Positions 19,001-28,424 are shown, numbered from the stretch's first letter. The stretch: DNA of 64,000 bases from Candidatus Peregrinibacteria bacterium (GCA_016188705.1 JACPHH010000028.1:1534-65533), one strand, 5' to 3'. The notes: generated from the letters alone by a model not told the origin. A program made the numbers and translations.

Positions 19001-20546
19001 CAAGATAAAAATAGGAGAAATCACCCCTGCTGATCTTACCACCTCTGTAGATGCCTCTCCTACAGGGACAAAACACAAACTCGTCGATATTGTCGAAGCA
19101 TTCACGGGAATTGATTCACTCATTAAAAGCGAAGAAGAAAAAAAGAGACCAACAGAAGATAAAAGAAAAGTGACAGCAAGCTCTCTTAACCTTCGAGACG
19201 ATGATATTCAAAAAATTAAAACTACAATTCCTCGAGGAGCAGAAGTGACAGTTCTGCCAGGTACTGCAAGAACTGAAAAAATAACAACAGCGAAGGGAGT
19301 AGAAGAGACTCATACTTTTGTGAAAGTAATAAGTAATGGCAATGAAGGATGGATGGCAGAAAAATATTTACAAAAACAAGAAACGGAAACTTCTGCTGGA
19401 GGATTGGCAGGAAGCACAGATCGATCACGAGGAGGTCGACTAGGAGCACGACGCCATGAACTAGCTTCGGCCGAACCCGCGCCAGCAACGGCGCCGGCAG
19501 GAAATAACGACACAAGAAGCATTGAACCTGCTTCATCTGCGCAGGCAGGAGCATCAGGCAGCCCCAACGCTCCAGCTGCCGCCCCAGCGCCACCAAATTT
19601 ACCTGAATCACCAGCGTCAGTCATACCAGAAAAAATAAATAATATATCAATAGAACAAAAAAAGGTTTCCAACTACCCTGATGAATTTTTGGGAGAGATA
19701 GAATCTCTTTTTCACTATGTGAATGCTGAAGCCATGAATGCGAAAACGGTTCAATATGTGACAGAAGAAAAATACAGAACTGAAAAATATGGAAGTCGAA
19801 ATATGTGGAAAGATTTTGACGTAATGAGAAAAGATATTTTTTCCATATCGCAAGTGAAATATCCCGAAAAAACCTCAATTCTTGAAGCTCTTTATCAAAT
19901 ATATACAAGAGAAGGATTGGCGCGATTTGGAAAAGGAGGAGTAACAATGCAGGCTCGACGACGCGACGTGCAGGAGTCGGGTGCAGATAAGCTTTTTAGA
20001 GAGCAGATAGGTGGACGAGGAGAAAAAATCGTAACAGAGCCATTTAAAGTTGTGTTCAAGGATATTTTAGGACAAGGGGCTGGCGGTTTCTTAACAAACC
20101 TCGGAAAAGGAAGAATAGATAGCGCTTTAGGATCGCTTTTTGGAGGAGTCTTCAAAGGTGTCGGGCGTACGCTTTGGTATCCATTTGGAGCAGTTACGAA
20201 TCTAAAACCTGGGACATTGAAGCCCACAAAAGAGCTTGACGAGCTTGTGGATGATTACATGGATGAAATAAAAGAAAAAATAGCTGAATCGAATTTAGGA
20301 TATTCAAAAAGAGAATGGAGCGATCTCATGAAACGAAAGTATAAAGATATACAAGAATATACAATTTACGCAACACTTCAAAGCCTCGTAATTCAATACG
20401 AAATTAAGGTAGAAGAAAAAGATACAGTAGATAAAGTCATACGGAAAATAGTTCAAAGAGATCTCTATCAAGAGTTACAGGAAGAAGCGAAAAGACGAGA
20501 AGCCAAATTAAGAGAAAACCCTTCCGGCACACCTGGTTCTAAATAG
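16083..20546 (+). CDS. Giant 1487-aa protein: Gly/Ala hydrophobic hairpin, four helical repeats, SH3b domain, Pro/Ala linker
   Basis: Long ORF; VTASSLNLR...IPRGAEVTVL...FVKV...NEGWMAEKYL matches the bacterial SH3 pattern. Confidence 0.8.
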   Translation: MKYLKYNWLLSKKFPQGKFLFFIKNEGMETPNIIDAGETAELRKDATGASPSTYVDAARAKIFISDNAKQARDAIIDQYKGQYDAAYLSKWELTKNLAPDVLLTTGGAVVGGVMAGGARLIKWGGAALKAKKAVNVATKAIDASKAAKASLVTLQAARATAKAAGTKLPIGIKGLTATVKAAGDAEKIAVDEQAVAMAEKVTAKTTLLWHPKALIATGGGLAGYGAIASDMFNELGIVTNDTAIQKATLAVRMIEEGALQKLKLIETTSGVEEDRLGIVRGTAKELSEIVGYTVHINTPNAPSGVPLVDKARDNFGLNPENGLSTGTPVEFQEEEMDALLSSNPFVNALFTKIDQDTTFDWNDSLTSFGEGNKVSLKENLIKSEIIRIFANPDIPIFIGLIGQNENNNEFLDHMSEWMARLPNKEITYPAVDSLLGLLRKDESEYQGYIDAAVKKIRIEIDPIKNTLLNLNIALATERFEIIDSEFMALLTKDMSVLTLEDIKDFIEFDAKSHEVKLKEDGTLKAKIIDKLTEVLKKLEDHEAASHPDIKEKIEKLSANIKEININTLTTDDKNPVKIFNDILAAKEDAEKTKETFEKEKKEYANLFGSYMAVKAAIDDMKLGIDTAITPELKNPASPPLVFADLTDFTSIKTAITAKIKEILNQTTEKLKDKAEVRNLEYIKVQIDAEITPKIVVLDEAALTNDDAVAKLTSDIITPLQNIAVDVNTEIIPPLPDNLEGRKAEYKILSDLFWQVHEANEELKSGVATEWPSTIVFNEAEHLHESEITSVLLDEYKWNMTTTLKGYLTAATTFLEENSNILTDHTDINTLLVAINGKIETLNPSIITTNGQRIIREIISQLKEVNVNIQDELNADPEAVKRLARENYKKLKKSYDYIQDQAKKLGIAIEWPSGGIAQDRDPEILTDIELTQIAILGDALSNNIKAGLQKMVEPLEKRANDLANSEIIAKVAALKIKIGEITPADLTTSVDASPTGTKHKLVDIVEAFTGIDSLIKSEEEKKRPTEDKRKVTASSLNLRDDDIQKIKTTIPRGAEVTVLPGTARTEKITTAKGVEETHTFVKVISNGNEGWMAEKYLQKQETETSAGGLAGSTDRSRGGRLGARRHELASAEPAPATAPAGNNDTRSIEPASSAQAGASGSPNAPAAAPAPPNLPESPASVIPEKINNISIEQKKVSNYPDEFLGEIESLFHYVNAEAMNAKTVQYVTEEKYRTEKYGSRNMWKDFDVMRKDIFSISQVKYPEKTSILEALYQIYTREGLARFGKGGVTMQARRRDVQESGADKLFREQIGGRGEKIVTEPFKVVFKDILGQGAGGFLTNLGKGRIDSALGSLFGGVFKGVGRTLWYPFGAVTNLKPGTLKPTKELDELVDDYMDEIKEKIAESNLGYSKREWSDLMKRKYKDIQEYTIYATLQSLVIQYEIKVEEKDTVDKVIRKIVQRDLYQELQEEAKRREAKLRENPSGTPGSK

Positions 20547-20655
20547 CATTAATGGTTATGAAAAACTATATCAAGAAATTGAGGGTACATTTTTCAAAAT
20601 TGAAACGAAAAGAAATATCGTTCAGTCTTTGGCTGAGGCGTTCTCAATGATAATT

Positions 20656-22200
20656 TCATGTGGACGAAGGAGCGATACCAAAAAGGTCATACCAAAGGTA
20701 GCCGTGTTTTTTCGCGTCCAGCATGGCGGTCCATTGTAAAAGATAGGGAGCCATGAGGTCGCGGTGGCGATTTGACGAGGCTCCATAAAAATACGTGGCG
20801 CGATCGCCAAAATGGGTGACAATAATAGCCGCGATCGGAACACCTCCAATTTTTTTCACAATTTCACGAGGAAAACTTTGTTCAGATGACGAAAATGCGG
20901 AATGAGCGACATTTTTATCATGAACACCTATTGAGTCTTTTGCTGTCATGTCTCGAGATATATGACAAATTCTTGTTGAGTCTTTTTCTTGTAGATCTCG
21001 CTTGATGGTGTCTTCGGAGATCTGTTGTTTATTTTCAATTTCATGAGGCATATACGCGATAAAGAGCTTTCCTAGTCCAAAATCGCCAGATGTCATTAAA
21101 AATCGCGTGTAATAATCGGCATCGTGGCCGTGAAATCCGTCGCGAGTCGTGGTTTCCTCAAAAAGCTGAAAAAAGACTCGACCTGCCTCTTCAGCTTTCA
21201 AAAAAGTCGGATCATGCAACTCTCGCTCTCGATCCCATTTCCACAAAAGAGACTTAACTCCCTTCTTTTGCGCAAGTCGAATATTATACCGGCCTTTCGG
21301 CTTCATCTGCTGCAAAATTTTTTCTTCCGGCAACGACAAATCAATCATGTTCGTCCATTCAGGCTGATAATGCTGATGAGCGAGTCGAAATCCATTTTTG
21401 TGCCAAAAATCGGAAAAATTTTTAGAAGAATCAATTTTAGAAGATTTAAAAAGCTTTTGATGGGAATTATCGTCAAGAGCGTTACAGTTTTCTTTTTTCG
21501 GTTTTTTTACAGAAAAACAAAACCTATTTGTCGCGAGACATAACTTTTTTGCGGCAAAACTAAGCTTCTTTCCCGCAAGAAAAATACAATACCATGGCAT
21601 CTGAAAAACATATTCAACAGCAGGATGATACTGAATAATACGTCCTCCGAATTTCAATTTAAATTCCGTGATGCCACTCCATGAGTGATTATGAACCGGT
21701 CGATATTCATTCGCGTTTATGTGGAAAATAGTTGATTCATTGGGTTCCACGCGCAAAAAAATAGCTCGTTCCTTTATGGCAATAGCCTGAATATGATGAA
21801 AAAGGGCATCCCAAATGGACGAGTTCAGCTCTTTCCATCCCGGACCGCGCGGACAATAAAGCCATGAACGTCCAAAAGGAAGCTTTCGTACATACAAAGT
21901 AATCGTTGCGACGAGTTTTCCTGGAACATCTTTCGCGGAAAGAAAAACTGTTTTTTTGTAATGTAAACCCTTGCCGCTAAGACGAGACATTTTCGCGGAA
22001 AAACCAGATCCCTTCTTAATGTTCGATTCTGAGGAAAAAAAATGTGGCGCCTTTATTACCCCTAGATTATATCGAAGCCCCGAGTCGACATCAAAAAGAC
22101 CCGTAGAACTTTGTTGCACATCCCCGCCCATATTTTGAACAAATGCGTCAAATCGCTCAACATCTTCACTCGATGGCGTGAAATAAACGATTTTATACAT
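20656..22200 (-). CDS. FemABX/MurM-family peptidoglycan aminoacyltransferase with rearranged motif order
   Basis: LYCPRGP, FLRVEP, IDLSLPEEKILQQMKPKGRYNIRLAQKKGV, YFYGASS, APYLLQW, YDLFGI, GITEFKLKFGG. Confidence 0.88.
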   Translation of the reverse strand: MYKIVYFTPSSEDVERFDAFVQNMGGDVQQSSTGLFDVDSGLRYNLGVIKAPHFFSSESNIKKGSGFSAKMSRLSGKGLHYKKTVFLSAKDVPGKLVATITLYVRKLPFGRSWLYCPRGPGWKELNSSIWDALFHHIQAIAIKERAIFLRVEPNESTIFHINANEYRPVHNHSWSGITEFKLKFGGRIIQYHPAVEYVFQMPWYCIFLAGKKLSFAAKKLCLATNRFCFSVKKPKKENCNALDDNSHQKLFKSSKIDSSKNFSDFWHKNGFRLAHQHYQPEWTNMIDLSLPEEKILQQMKPKGRYNIRLAQKKGVKSLLWKWDRERELHDPTFLKAEEAGRVFFQLFEETTTRDGFHGHDADYYTRFLMTSGDFGLGKLFIAYMPHEIENKQQISEDTIKRDLQEKDSTRICHISRDMTAKDSIGVHDKNVAHSAFSSSEQSFPREIVKKIGGVPIAAIIVTHFGDRATYFYGASSNRHRDLMAPYLLQWTAMLDAKKHGYLWYDLFGIAPSST

Positions 22201-22278
22201 AGCTACGAAAGTTCCTTTATCACGATTTTGAACTATGAGAGAAAAATAAGCGCGAAAAAATATGTTTGCATCCTTTTT

Positions 22279-23487
22279 TTACTTCGTCATTTTCTTTCGA
22301 ATAAAAGCGGGAATATCCAGCTCATTTTCCACCGACTTGAAGGCTTCCGGAGAAATATTTTTAGACTCAGTCATGGGCTGAGAAGGAGAGGTTTGTTGCG
22401 GTCGTTTGAGTGTCTGGTGTCCTCTCATCGTGCTCAAGTCCACATGGGTTTTTTCATCAAATCCAGTCGCCACCACGGTAATCTTGATTTCGCCGGTATA
22501 GGAATCATTAATAACAGCGCCGAAAATAATATTCGCGTCAGGATCAGAAGCCTCTGTAATAATACGAGCAGCCTCATCCACTTCAAACATGCTCAAATCC
22601 GTGCCGCCTGTAATATTAAAGAGAATACCTTTTGCTCCATTAATATTCATTTCAAGAAGAGGGCTTTCAACAGCTGATTTCGCGGCTTCAACGGCACGAT
22701 TTTCACCGCTGCCGTAACCGATTCCCATAAGAGCTGAACCGGAATTATCCATAATTGCCTTCACGTCGGCAAAATCCACGTTGATCATTCCGTGAATGGT
22801 AATAAGATCAGCAATGCCCTGTACGCCCTGCCGAAGCACGTCATCAACGACGGTAAAAGCATCCGTCAAAGGCGTTTTTTTATCAATAATGGAAAGAATG
22901 CGATCATTTGGAATCGTGATAAGCGTGTCAACTTTATTTTTAAGATTTTCCATGCCTTCTTCAGCTTGATTTTTGCGTTTCAAGCCTTCAAACGCGAATG
23001 GCCGAGTGACCACTCCGACAGTAAGGATTCCCATATTGCGGGCAAGATCGGCAATAACGGGCCCTGCTCCTGTTCCTGTTCCACCTCCAAGTCCAAAAGT
23101 AATAAAAACCATATCAGCGCCTTCAATAGCAGACTTTAATTCTTCGCAACTTTCTTCCGCTGCCTGCCTGCCGACATCTGGATTGCTTCCAGCGCCGAGT
23201 CCGCGGGTCGTTGCCTTTCCGATATTGATTTTAATGGGAGCTTCGGAATGATACAGGGCTTGAGCGTCGGTATTAACAGAAATAAAATCTATGCCTTTAA
23301 GGTTTGATTTTATCATTCGGTTAATAGCGTTGCCTCCGCCGCCACCAACGCCAATGACTTTAATTTGGGCCACTGGACTTATTTCAGGATGCACCTCCAT
23401 GGTGCGCTTGGAAGAAGGGGGCGTTTTTCCAAATAAATTTCGTATAGGATCATTCTGACCTATATGTGGATCATTCATCTTGGACAT
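22279..23487 (-). CDS. ftsZ: Cell division GTPase FtsZ
   Basis: [24 protein letters not shown]-terminal LDIPAFIRK. Confidence 0.98.
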   Translation of the reverse strand: MSKMNDPHIGQNDPIRNLFGKTPPSSKRTMEVHPEISPVAQIKVIGVGGGGGNAINRMIKSNLKGIDFISVNTDAQALYHSEAPIKINIGKATTRGLGAGSNPDVGRQAAEESCEELKSAIEGADMVFITFGLGGGTGTGAGPVIADLARNMGILTVGVVTRPFAFEGLKRKNQAEEGMENLKNKVDTLITIPNDRILSIIDKKTPLTDAFTVVDDVLRQGVQGIADLITIHGMINVDFADVKAIMDNSGSALMGIGYGSGENRAVEAAKSAVESPLLEMNINGAKGILFNITGGTDLSMFEVDEAARIITEASDPDANIIFGAVINDSYTGEIKITVVATGFDEKTHVDLSTMRGHQTLKRPQQTSPSQPMTESKNISPEAFKSVENELDIPAFIRKKMTK

Positions 23488-23536
23488 AGGGAAGGATTAA
23501 GGATAAGGAAAAAATGTATGTAAAAATATCTCTCAT

Positions 23537-24775
23537 TTATGGAAGAAGGCTTTTTACCCAATCTTTCATGCCTCCAAACGCTTTGGAAACGCTGATCGAT
23601 TTCAAACTGAGCCCCTGGGAATGCCCTTCAAAACGGGCTCCCCAAAGAATAAGTCCGATTGCTGAAGCATAAGCGGGATCATCAATCTTATCAACCACGC
23701 CTTCAAAATTTTGAGGAAAACCAATTTGCACGGGAAGATTGAGCGTTTCGCGAGCCAAATCGATACTTCCTGGCATTTTTGAACCTGCCCCCGTGAGAAT
23801 AACTCCTGCCGGAAGCATGCCATCACGGTTAATTTTTGCCAATTGTTCTTTGACAAGACTGAAAATTTCGTGATATCTGGCCTGTATAATTTCCACCATA
23901 AGTTTTTTTGAAACCGTCTGCTGATCGATTTTACTGAGCTGGGAAAGATCAATGGTTTCGCGTTCACTCACGTCTTCGGGAATGCAGGAGCCATATTCAA
24001 TTTTAATTTTTTCCGCGGTATCAATGGAGGTGCGAAGTCCAATGGCAATATCATTGGTTACATTTTCGCCTCCAACGGGAATAATGGCGGTATGTAAAGT
24101 AGTTCCTTCTTCAAAAACACTCACCGACGTGGCGCCGCATCCGATGTCGACAACCACGACTCCGAGTTCTTTTTGGCGGCGCGAAAGAACCGCTTCGGAA
24201 GCCGCGAGAGAAGTTGGAATAATATCATCAATATCGACGCCCGCTTGATGAATACACTTTTCGATATTTTTTACCGCGGGAACAAGTCCTGTAACGATAT
24301 GAGCCTCAACTTCAAGCCGAATGCCCATCATTCCAACCGGGTATTTAATTCCTCGTTGATCATCGACGGAAAACGCTTTTGGAATGATACGCAAAATCCT
24401 TCGATTATGAGGAAGGCTCACGGCCTGAGCCGCTTCAAGCACGCGATCAATGTCATCTTCAGAAATTTCATTGCCCGTATGAGAGATAGCGATAACGCCC
24501 TTACTGTCAAATGCTTCGATATGATGGCCTCCAATTCCCAAAAAAACATGATGAACAGTTTCGCCAGCCATTCGTTCGGCGTCTTCGAGCGAAGCGGAAA
24601 TGCTTTGAATAGTTTCTTCAACGTCAATAACAAGCCCTTTTCGAAGTCCGTTGGAAGGAGCCACTCCGACTCCAATAATATTAGGAAGAGCGCCTTTATC
24701 TTCCAGACGACCTATGACGGTTCGAATTTTTGAACATCCGATATCAAGTCCTGCTACCAACTGTACTTTAGGCAT
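23537..24775 (-). CDS. ftsA: Cell division protein FtsA
   Basis: GLDIGCSK, VDIGCG, C-terminal amphipathic helix, adjacent to ftsZ. Confidence 0.97.
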   Translation of the reverse strand: MPKVQLVAGLDIGCSKIRTVIGRLEDKGALPNIIGVGVAPSNGLRKGLVIDVEETIQSISASLEDAERMAGETVHHVFLGIGGHHIEAFDSKGVIAISHTGNEISEDDIDRVLEAAQAVSLPHNRRILRIIPKAFSVDDQRGIKYPVGMMGIRLEVEAHIVTGLVPAVKNIEKCIHQAGVDIDDIIPTSLAASEAVLSRRQKELGVVVVDIGCGATSVSVFEEGTTLHTAIIPVGGENVTNDIAIGLRTSIDTAEKIKIEYGSCIPEDVSERETIDLSQLSKIDQQTVSKKLMVEIIQARYHEIFSLVKEQLAKINRDGMLPAGVILTGAGSKMPGSIDLARETLNLPVQIGFPQNFEGVVDKIDDPAYASAIGLILWGARFEGHSQGLSLKSISVSKAFGGMKDWVKSLLP

Positions 24776-25333
24776 ACTGTGTAAAAAAATAAAAAAGTAA
24801 GAAATAAAGCCTACAAATCTCTACGCTACGTCTAAAAAAAATATAAACGAAAAAAAACCATTTTACAAATATATTGTTCAATTTTTGGCTTATTTAAGCC
24901 TTTTGTATCAAATTCTTATTCAATCCCCTCCTCTGCTCTAAGCCAAAAAGAGGCTACAAAGTCTTTTAAAAACACCTCAATTTTTAAGCGTAAAATACCG
25001 CAAGAATAAGAAGAAAATACGAATAAATTATTTATTCCATTAAGAAGTTGAATAAAAAAAATATACAAACATGTAAAAAACAGCCTTATGAAAAGAAAAA
25101 TGATCTATAAAAAAAAATGAGCGCTTTTCATTTTTTTTAAAAAAAATGAAAGAAAAATAACTTCAACGAATAAAATCGAAAAAATGAATTTTAATGGCTT
25201 TTTTAAGCCTTAAAGACGATATTTAAAAAAGAAGGTTGTTAAAATTGATTATCGCGAAATAAAAAAAGAAAAAACGCAAGACATTTTTTAATAACTGCTC
25301 ATGATTTTTTTTTAAGCAGAGGGAAAGACATAT

Positions 25334-25480
25334 AGGAACTCCCGCAAAATTTCGTTACGAAAATGAGGTTTTGTGAGAATTCCTGCCATTTGAGCGCGTG
25401 GCAAAGCATAGCGAAAATGAAGTTCCCGCCGCATTTCTACTACAATTTGAACGCAGAGCGAAACGTGGCGTAGCGAAAAT
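25334..25480 (+). repeat. Nested remnants of palindromic families A and C
   Basis: AGGAACTCCCGCAAAA-TTTCGTTACGA...GAATTCCT followed by two ATTTGA(G/A)CGC...TAGCGAAAAT units. Confidence 0.55.
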
Positions 25481-25486
25481 CAATTT

Positions 25487-26371
25487 TTAAAAAAGCTTTG
25501 TTTGTTCTGGAGCTGAATCAAGAGAAAGTTTTTTGAGCAAGCTTGTAAAATGAAGCGCTCGAAAGAAATCTGGAACTCCTGTTTTCGCAAGGTCACGTAC
25601 TTGGCACTGTTCGAAATGAAGTTCAACGGGAACGCTGGTATAAATCGTGGCCAATTTTTTACTTAAAAAAGCGGTATCTCGATCATTTTCAAGTTTTCGA
25701 CGCGTTTTTTCGGGAATATTCGCGAGATTTTGATAGATATTTTCAAGAGAACCATAGGTTTCAAGAAGCGATTCTGCTGTTTTCGTGCCGATACCGCGCA
25801 CTCCAGGAATATTATCGCTCGCGTCCCCTTTTAAACCTTTGAAATCTATTACCTGCGTCGGAGTAACGTGGAGACGTTCTTGGACTTTTTCAGGAGTATA
25901 AAATTCAAATGCTTGAAAGCCCGGCGTGGCGACTGTTGTTACTTTATTGACTAATTGAAAAGTATCGAGATCGCCTGAAACAACAATAACTTCGACATCG
26001 TTTTTTTCGACGCCTTTTTTGGCAAGTGTCCCGAGAATATCATCTGCTTCGTAGCCCGGAGCTTCGTAAATTGGCACGCCGAGAGCCGTAACAAAGGCTT
26101 TGATTTTTGGAATTTGATCATACAGTTCTTGGGGCGTTTTTTTTCTAGTAGCCTTATATTCAGGGAAAGAATCGTGTCTGAAACATTTTTTTGAGCTGTC
26201 AAAAGCGACAGCCATATACTCCGGATTCATTTTTCGCAGAATATTCATGACAATGCTCGCGAATCCATAAACGGCATTCACGAGCTCTCCCGATGGAGAC
26301 GTCAGCGGAGGCAAAGCGTGAAAAGCTCGATGAAAAAGTGAATTTCCGTCGATAAGAACGAGTTTTTGCAT
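25487..26371 (-). CDS. Stand-alone 5'-3' exonuclease (PolI N-terminal/FEN type)
   Basis: LIDGNS, FPEYKATR, EADDILGT, SGDLD, GDASDNIPGVRGIG; no polymerase domain. Confidence 0.92.
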   Translation of the reverse strand: MQKLVLIDGNSLFHRAFHALPPLTSPSGELVNAVYGFASIVMNILRKMNPEYMAVAFDSSKKCFRHDSFPEYKATRKKTPQELYDQIPKIKAFVTALGVPIYEAPGYEADDILGTLAKKGVEKNDVEVIVVSGDLDTFQLVNKVTTVATPGFQAFEFYTPEKVQERLHVTPTQVIDFKGLKGDASDNIPGVRGIGTKTAESLLETYGSLENIYQNLANIPEKTRRKLENDRDTAFLSKKLATIYTSVPVELHFEQCQVRDLAKTGVPDFFRALHFTSLLKKLSLDSAPEQTKLF

Positions 26372-26471
26372 AAGTTTTTGAAGTACATGACGACTCATGA
26401 ATTATAAAGAAATATCTGGAAAAAACATAGAATTTTTGTTATAATAATATAATTGATTCAGCATTGTAATA

Positions 26472-27014
26472 ATGGCGTTATCTCGAAAAAAACAGAATAA
26501 AATTTCCTTTCAAAAAACATTTCACTTGAATATTGATTCTGGAACGCCGCTCATTACGGTTTTTATCGATTATTTTCCTTTGGAAAAGAGAGAAATGTTG
26601 CCGCTTCTCATTGAAGGATTTTTGACGCTTCCTCTTCAGTTAGCAATTATTGAGCCCGCAAAAGATCTTTTAAAAAATGCCGTAAAATTGCCAAAAAATG
26701 GCAATGCTATTTTTATTTCCGAAAAAAGTATGGAACGGCTCTTTGAAGCGAGCGATATGGCACTTTTTCTCATGGAAACATATCACTCGTTTGTGCCGAT
26801 AAAAAGCGCTCTGCGGTCAAAGGTTGTGCCTATCATGCAGGGTTTTTCAGAGCTGAAAAATCTTACAAATTACAATCCTGTAACGGAAAAAGGAAACAGT
26901 TTTCTTTTTGATCATTTTACTGCTTGGAATATTTTTGCGGAAGTAGTGAGGGCCTGTGAAAATTATCGTTTTCCTTATGACTGGAAAAATATCATAGAGC
27001 AGGGAAAAGAATAA
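26472..27014 (+). CDS. Degenerate stand-alone glycogen-synthase-like C-terminal (GT-B) domain
   Basis: LFEASDMALF, ALRSKVVPI, NYNPVTEKGNSFLF, RACENYRFPYDWKNI resemble the GlgA C-terminus; no recognisable catalytic motif. Confidence 0.55.
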   Translation: MALSRKKQNKISFQKTFHLNIDSGTPLITVFIDYFPLEKREMLPLLIEGFLTLPLQLAIIEPAKDLLKNAVKLPKNGNAIFISEKSMERLFEASDMALFLMETYHSFVPIKSALRSKVVPIMQGFSELKNLTNYNPVTEKGNSFLFDHFTAWNIFAEVVRACENYRFPYDWKNIIEQGKE

Positions 27015-27079
27015 CGCGAATGACAGAAATATCAACTTTTCAGCCCCCAAGAATATTCTTTAATCCAGCTATTTCCATG

Positions 27080-27165
27080 GGAAACTTCTGAAAAACGTGG
27101 TTTCATTAGGGAGTTTCTGAAAAACATCTTTTTTATTGTAATTTGCAAACTTCGCGCGAAAATTT
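27080..27165. repeat. Family A element remnants
   Basis: Two tandem TIR-like GGAAACTTCTGAAAAAC / GGAGTTTCTGAAAAAC copies between convergent genes. Confidence 0.5.
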
Positions 27166-27183
27166 ATTTTTCTAAAGATGCCA

Positions 27184-27570
27184 TTATTGAAGCGTTCCAT
27201 TTTTTCCTTCGCCTGTAATATTTTGAACAGTATTGAGTATTTCTCCAAAATCGATATATCGAATAATATCCAGACCCAAAGCCTTTCCGACTGTTGCGAC
27301 GAGAACTACGGCAAGCACCGTAATAATAAGCCCGATAATCGCATGGCGGATTGTTCCGACTGCTTCTTTGATTTTAGCATCATCACCGCCTGAAAGAATA
27401 AATTTTATGCCTCCGTAAATGACGTAAAACACGCATAGGAGTCCGGCAAGAATAATGGCATAAGCAATGCCGCGATTAATAATTTCGACTATGTTTATAT
27501 TGGCAAGATTGGAAAAATCAATATTTTGCTGAGGAACAACGACTATCCATCGAAACAAATCCTGAATCAT
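27184..27570 (-). CDS. CPR-type (VirB2/TrbC-like) pilin
   Basis: IIL..G...V.YVIYGGIKFILSGGDDAKIKEAVGTIRHAIIGLII. Confidence 0.8.
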   Translation of the reverse strand: MIQDLFRWIVVVPQQNIDFSNLANINIVEIINRGIAYAIILAGLLCVFYVIYGGIKFILSGGDDAKIKEAVGTIRHAIIGLIITVLAVVLVATVGKALGLDIIRYIDFGEILNTVQNITGEGKNGTLQ

Positions 27571-27574
27571 AGAC

Positions 27575-27934
27575 TTAGTCTAAGGTATCAACGCCGCTGG
27601 AACCGCCGGATTCTCCAATGCTGCGGACAGTATCAATAATATCGCCAAAATTAATATATCGAATAATGTCGAGTCCAAGAGCCCGACCAACCGTGGCTAC
27701 GGCAACAACAGCCAAAACCGTAATAATAAGACCAAATATCGAATAACGTATAGTACTTACCGCCTGTTTGATTTTTCCTTCATCCCCGCCTGAGAGAATA
27801 AAAGAAATACCGCCAATAAAGACGAAAATAACCGAAAGAAGACCAGCGACAATTATCGTATAGGCAATACCTCGGTTAATAATTTCAACCACGTCATAGT
27901 TTTGGGCGGCTTCAACGATAGACTGAGCAGGCAT
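27575..27934 (-). CDS. CPR-type (VirB2/TrbC-like) pilin, tandem paralog
   Basis: GGISFILSGGDEGKIKQAVSTIRYSIFGLII; closely similar to its neighbour. Confidence 0.8.
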   Translation of the reverse strand: MPAQSIVEAAQNYDVVEIINRGIAYTIIVAGLLSVIFVFIGGISFILSGGDEGKIKQAVSTIRYSIFGLIITVLAVVAVATVGRALGLDIIRYINFGDIIDTVRSIGESGGSSGVDTLD

Positions 27935-28052
27935 AGGAATAAATAAAAAAATAATATTTATCAAGGGTTCCCTTAACTTTACCAAGAAATCTATTTAAAA
28001 ATAGCACCCCCTCTGCGGATAGTATATACGGAATCCAAAAAGAAAACAAAAA

Positions 28053-28379
28053 TTATTCGTTATCGTCCGGAATACTGACAGCATTTTCCGTATCAGGTTC
28101 AACAATTTTCAGATTGACACGGGCGTTATGCTTGGATCCAATGACTCGGAGGAGAATTCGGAGTGATTTGGCGGTTTGACCACTTTTTCCAATAACCTTG
28201 CCCATGTCATCCTTGCTTACTCGAAGGGTGATAAGCACTCCCATTTCATCAACGCTACGAGTCACCACGACCTCTTCGGGTTTTTCTACGATCTGTTTGA
28301 CTACCCATTCAATAAAATCACGATCCGGCCCCTGAGTAGGATCAGTATCAACGAGAGTTTGTGTGTCGTCGGCCATCAT
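28053..28379 (-). CDS. khpA: KH-domain RNA-binding protein KhpA
   Basis: DMGKVIGKSGQTAKSLR; downstream of rpsP. Confidence 0.9.
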   Translation of the reverse strand: MMADDTQTLVDTDPTQGPDRDFIEWVVKQIVEKPEEVVVTRSVDEMGVLITLRVSKDDMGKVIGKSGQTAKSLRILLRVIGSKHNARVNLKIVEPDTENAVSIPDDNE

Positions 28380-28424
28380 AATTCGGTGTTAAAAAAATAA
28401 AATATGCAAAACGAGCGCAAATTT

